Below, in pieces: positions 56,655 to 64,000 of a DNA stretch of 64,000 nt (its first letter is position 1; each line of letters opens with the position of its first letter). The stretch lies in the NCBI RefSeq assembly GCF_009914755.1, contig NC_060929.1; one strand, given 5' to 3'. The DNA comes from the human T2T-CHM13v2.0 reference genome, Homo sapiens. Under the pieces are notes generated by a model. That model did no database searches. It had not been told where the DNA came from and saw nothing but the letters and a program-made list of their open reading frames with translations. The position numbers were made by a program, and so were the translations under genes.

Positions 56655-58269
56655 GTGTCCAACACCTCACAACAGAACCTACTGTCTCAGTGCCCAGGTC
56701 TGGAGCTGACAGGCAGCTTTGGAGCTGGCCAGACTCAGGAAGAGGTCAAACATACACCAACACCAAACTACATTCAGCCAAAGTCATTTTCTGCATTTTT
56801 CTTTCCATACCCCAAATTAAAATTTCTACTCCCTTGGTATTTTTATATTTCACATTTTTACTTTATTATGACTCACTATCCAAAAACATTTACCATTCTC
56901 AACTTATGAGTATTGTTTGATTCCACAATAGGTACAACCACAGCTGGATCTAGAGAGAGGTTAATATAACTAGATACATGTGTGAGACTGACATATGATC
57001 AGAGCATTGCTAGGCTTCTGTTGATTGGATTGCTTATTGACAGATTAAATCAAGTCTTAGCTAAAGAGGCACAGATCCACAAAACAATTGACTGCTCTTG
57101 CAAAAGAAGTAGATGTAGTGTTCATTTAATATTTTATATGCAGTTTTCCCCTAAGCAAATATTTGAAAATGTTCTATTCATCTGATAATTGCAGATAATA
57201 TAACCCAAAACACAACGATTCTCTATAACAAAAAAGAATGAAAGAAGCAATATGCACCATTATACTGTATAGTATTGAAGCCAAGATTTGCCAGTTGCAA
57301 AGAACAATCAAACTAATTCTATGAATGAAAGAAGTTAATTTCAAGGATACAGATGCTTCACAGACTCCAAAGACAGGGAATGACCCTGAGAGGTGAAATA
57401 GTTCTTAGTAATGGTATGGTATCCTTCACCCCAGTCTTTTTACAGCCTAGTCCTATTGCCATAATCTCTCAGCCATCTTTCTTTACTTTCTCACTTACAC
57501 ATAGCTATCAGACCCAATTCTACATTAAACTCTAAAGACTTATTTCTAGATCCTTTGGTTCAAATCCTGATTGGGTGACCAGTAAACTCTGTACAGAATG
57601 GCAGGGGTCCTGTCACCTGCTGTCTGCTCTGCAGAGCTAGAACAAGAAACTTTAAACCAGAAAATTAAATTGCGTATGGTGGATCCATAAATGTATCCAT
57701 ACATTGGCATGTAGAGTTTACACAAACCATACATGTTCACTTCTAGTAACTGGATATTCCATGTTCATCCTGTTAAGGCCAAGGGAGAGTTTATAAGGCC
57801 AAGGGTATAGCCTGAGGCCTGTAGACTAATAAGGCCCTTGAACAAATAAGCCTACTACTTAATTCTTCTAGGATCCGTTCTTAGATGACTATACTAATTC
57901 TAAGGGTGGAGTAAACCAGACAATAAGGAGGACACCTGGAAGAAGTTTTAGCTTTGGACTATGTTCAATAACCTAGGTGGGGTAAGAAAGCTGGGGGCGG
58001 GCAGAGACCATAATTTTCTCCATAAATAATTTTGTTTTAGGACATATAGGTTGAAACTAAGATGGTAGATTCTGCTCTAATCAGCCCTTCTCAGTTTCAT
58101 CCAGCTCTCTGAAGCTCCAAGATGGTATCTGGCTCATAGGCTAGTCTCATGCCTTTGAGGAACAATGTTCAGCATTATATGTAGCATGATTACAGAAGCT
58201 TTCGGAAGGGCATGACTACTCCAAAAGGCCTCTTGCAAAAAGCCAACAGCAATGCCTGAAATTTCATCA

Positions 58270-59560
58270 TTAAGGATTCACCCATGCCCAGATGGGTTTC
58301 TAAATACCATTCCTCATTAAAGTAATAACACACCTTGGAAAATGGCTGACTCCAGGGCAGCAGCAGAGAATGTTTAAGGGGAACCAGGGCATCTTCTCAC
58401 AAAGCAAAGCAGTCCTCAGAACTGATTAGGTTATATCAAAGGGAGATAAAAGCTGGCTTATAGAGACTTGCGCTGGCCAGATTTGGCATTAATTATAATG
58501 TATGCACTAAATTTAATTTGAGCATCAAAGAGAATAATGACAATAATTGATTATAACTTCTAAAAGTCTATAGTTATACTTGAGAGAAAAAAGCTCATCT
58601 TTATTTTTTAATGCAGCTAATAAATATAGGTTAAATAATAGAAGGAAAAAAAATCACCATTTTGTAACTCAATTCCTAATGTTATAATTGGCTGAAAACA
58701 AGAATCCTCAATGGGTTCTAAAACCACAGCGTGAAAAGACACTGTGAAAACTCAATCCCAAAATATGACCTCATAGATCGCTTACTAATAAAAATGGAAA
58801 TGTCTGACAGGCAGCCCCAAATCAAGTGATCAAATGTATTAGTATTATTATTCAAACATTATTATCAATAATGAGGCAACCTAACATTATATGCATCTTG
58901 ATGTGATGCATTATGAAATATGGAAATATTTTACCCAAAATGTTTACCTGAGATTGATCAAGACTCTAGATCTAACTTAAAGCTTATAAGAAATACAGAG
59001 AAGATAACAAGTTTAATTACACCATGAGTAGTCTTCTATAAATCAGCTAGCTTAATTTCTTCAATAAGTCATCAAAAAAGTCACAAAAAAAGTGAAAAAA
59101 ACCCAGAAGGACTCTTCTGGGTTAAAAACAATGAGGAACATACCAAACAAATGAAATGTGTAATCCTTGACTAATCCTGAATTTTTAAATAAAAGTCATT
59201 GTTGGAAACATTGGGGAATATAAAATAGATATTAGATGACATTATGGCATTATTATCAACTTTCTAGGAATTGTGCCTATTGTGGGATGATACTTCGTTA
59301 TCAGGTGATTCATACTGAAGTATTTAGGTATGCATATCTTAATGTTTGAATTTATTTTCTTATGGTTCAGGAAGAAACCATACATATATACAAACACACA
59401 GAGACAGTGAGATAAAACCAATGTAGCAAAGTATTAACAATTGATGAACCAGACAAAGGGTATGCAGAGTATTCATTGTATTATTCTTTCAACTTTTCTA
59501 TAGTTTTGAAATTTTAAAAAATAAGAAATTTGGTAAAATAATAGAGATAAGCATTTTTAA
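58270..59560 (+). mobile_element. L1MC/MD 3' region
   Basis: 'ccagatgggtttctaaataccattc...ccttggaaaatggctgactccagggc' through 'ttcattgtattattctttcaacttttct'. Confidence 0.7.
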
Positions 59561-59564
59561 ATGT

Positions 59565-61848
<2,284 letters not shown>

Positions 61849-61959
61849 TGAGGTATTTGTAAATATGGATTTTTTATCAGTAAATTGAAATATAAATGTA
61901 TGTTTATTATTTTAAGAGTAAAAATCCTTCAGTACTTAAAACAATTAATTTTCCTGAGC

Positions 61960-62300
61960 ATGATGGTTTTAAAATATGTCAACAAATTATTTGCCACTCC
62001 TCCAAATGGGGACCAATTTTAGTGACTCATTTCTAACAAATAGAAAAGTGATGCTATGTGACATCTGAAGCCAACTTATAAAAAGAATAGCTTTCACCTG
62101 ACTCCCTCTCCCAGTCTTCAAATGACAATAGCATAGCCCAGCACAACATCTAACCACAGCCTCATAAGAAATCCTAAGCTAGAACCCCCCGTAAGCTATT
62201 TCTGAAATTCTGACCCATAGAAAGATAAGTATAATAAATTTTTACTATCATTTTAAGCTACTATGATTTAAGATAATTTGTTACACAGCAATAGATTGAT
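61960..62300 (+). mobile_element. MLT1(E/F)-like LTR fragment
   Basis: 'ttagtgactcatttctaac...ttctgacccatagaaa...ttttaagctactatgattt...ttgttacacagcaatagat'. Confidence 0.6.
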
Positions 62301-62624
62301 AAACTGCATTAAGATAACATGCCCATTTGATAATATGCTTCAAAAACCTATTTAAAATGCCTACTTTTTGACACAAAAATTCCACTTTTCAGACATGTAT
62401 ACAAAAAAATCAGACATGTATACAAAGATATATGTAGAATAATATTTCTTCCAGCATCACTTATAATAGTAAAGTAGAAAAGCAATCTAAATTTCCAATA
62501 ATAAAGAACCAGTTGTATAAACTATGACACATCCAGGCAATGAAATAGAATGCAGCTACTAAAAGTATGTAGCAATCCTTGGCTGTCTATTCATACTTAA
62601 AAGTAAGGCATTAAAAAGCTGATT

Positions 62625-63273
62625 ATGGTGGATTTTGCCTGTAATCTCAGCACTTTGGGAAGCTGAGGTAGGAGGATCACTTGGGGCCAGAAGTTTGAGA
62701 CCAGCCTGGTCAACATAGTAAGAACCCCTCTGTATTAGTCCATTTTCAAATTGCTGTTAAAAACATACCTGAGACTGAGCAATTTACAAAAGAAGGAAGT
62801 TTATTGGACTTACAGTTCTACGTGGCTGGGGAGGCCTCATAATCATGGTGTAAGGTGAAAGGCAAGGAGGAGCAAGTCACATCTTACATGGATGGCAGAA
62901 GGCAAAGAGAGAGCTTGTGCAGGGAAGTTCCCATTTTTAGAACCATCAGATATCGTGAGACTCATTCACTACCATGAGAACAGTGCAGGAAAGACCCACC
63001 CCCATAATTCAATCACCTCCCACTGGGTTCCTCCCATGACATGTGGGAATAGTGGGAGCTACAATTCAAGATGAGATTTGGGTGGGGACACAGCCAAACC
63101 ATATCACTCTCTCTACCAAAAATACAAAAATTAGCTGAGTACGGTGATACATACCTATAGTCCCAGCTCCTTGGGAGGCTGAGGTGGGAGGATTGCTTCA
63201 TCCTGGGAGGTTGAGGCTGCAGTGAGCTGATTGTGTCACTGCACTCCAGGCTGGGTGACAGAGTAAGCCCCTG

Positions 63274-63315
<42 letters not shown>
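62625..63315 (+). mobile_element. AluJ split by a THE1 LTR
   Basis: Left arm 62625-62730; right arm and long A tail 63107-63315. Confidence 0.88.
62731..63106 (-). mobile_element. THE1C/D solo LTR
   Basis: tgtattagtccatttt...gagatttgggtggggacacagccaaaccatatca; 5-bp TSD ccctc/ctctc. Confidence 0.92.
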
Positions 63316-63318
<3 letters not shown>

Positions 63319-63609
63319 GTTTAGCAGCTCTGTATTGGTAGGAGAGCTTATTAACTGGCCAGACTCCCCTTGGAGAGTTCTGGTGAACCCTATCTATTTC
63401 AGTAGTCCTCTCCCAACTATCACTAATTGAACCTTTTTCCTAAGGCTGATGTGTTTCTTGCAGAGAAGAATACTCCAAACTTATACTTTGTGGGAATAAT
63501 TCTGGCTGCCAGCATGCTAGAACCTTGGGGATAAGGCAGCTGAAAGTCTAACCATTTAGTTTGTATTAATGTCCACCCTCATTTGTATCCACAGACCTCA
63601 GATACCAAG

Positions 63610-63952
63610 TCTAGTGTTGGAGGTAGGGCCTAGGGGGATGTGTTTGAATCATGGGGACAGATCCTTCATGAATGGCTTAGCACCATCCCCTTGGTGATGA
63701 ATGAGTTGAGTTCATGCAAAATCTGGTTGTTTAAAAATGTGTGGCACCTTCCTCCTAATCCCCCCACCATATGACATTGCCTGCCCTCCCTTCACCTTCT
63801 TCCATGATTGTAAGCTTCCTGGGGCTCTTACCAGAAGCAGATGCTGAAACCATGCTTGTACAGCCTGAAGAATTGTGAGCCAATTAAACCTCTTTTCCTT
63901 ATAAATTATCCTGCCTCAGATATTTGTAGCAATGCAAAAATGGACAAAGGCA
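63610..63952 (+). mobile_element. MSTA/B LTR (5' end degraded)
   Basis: Closely parallels 61277-61697 (catgaatggcttagcaccatcccctt...gaattgtgagccaattaaacctctttt). Confidence 0.85.
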
Positions 63953-64000
63953 ATAAGCATGATAGATTGTTACATTAATGGCCTTCAGTGAATCATACCT

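Overview
Primate (very probably human, 5q12.3) nuclear DNA. The first ~22.5 kb holds the 3' half of RGS7BP (R7BP, the palmitoylated membrane anchor of R7-family RGS/Gbeta5 complexes) on the + strand. Three coding exons (4749-4896, 8404-8474, 19234-19325) have canonical AG/GT sites and matching phases, and splice to ...[104 protein letters not shown] ~3 kb 3' UTR follows. The remaining ~41 kb is intergenic and dominated by interspersed repeats: Alu, L1, L2, MIR, MER2/MER5/MER20/MER81 DNA elements, several solo LTRs, a decayed ERVL provirus and an MST provirus carrying a nested MLT2A LTR. Apart from one ORF overlapping the 71-nt exon, no ORF in the track looks like a host gene. I see no evidence of a new multi-gene system. 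The most unusual signals are small structural ones: two long near-perfect hairpins, a microduplication with a templated inverted junction, a local MER5A-plus-flank duplication, an unexplained tandem-repeated insert inside ERVL pol, a MITE hairpin in the 3' UTR, a strong CTCF-like site and DUX4-type motifs in MLT2A/THE1 LTRs. Repeat family and subfamily names come from recalled consensus sequences, and many repeat boundaries are approximate.
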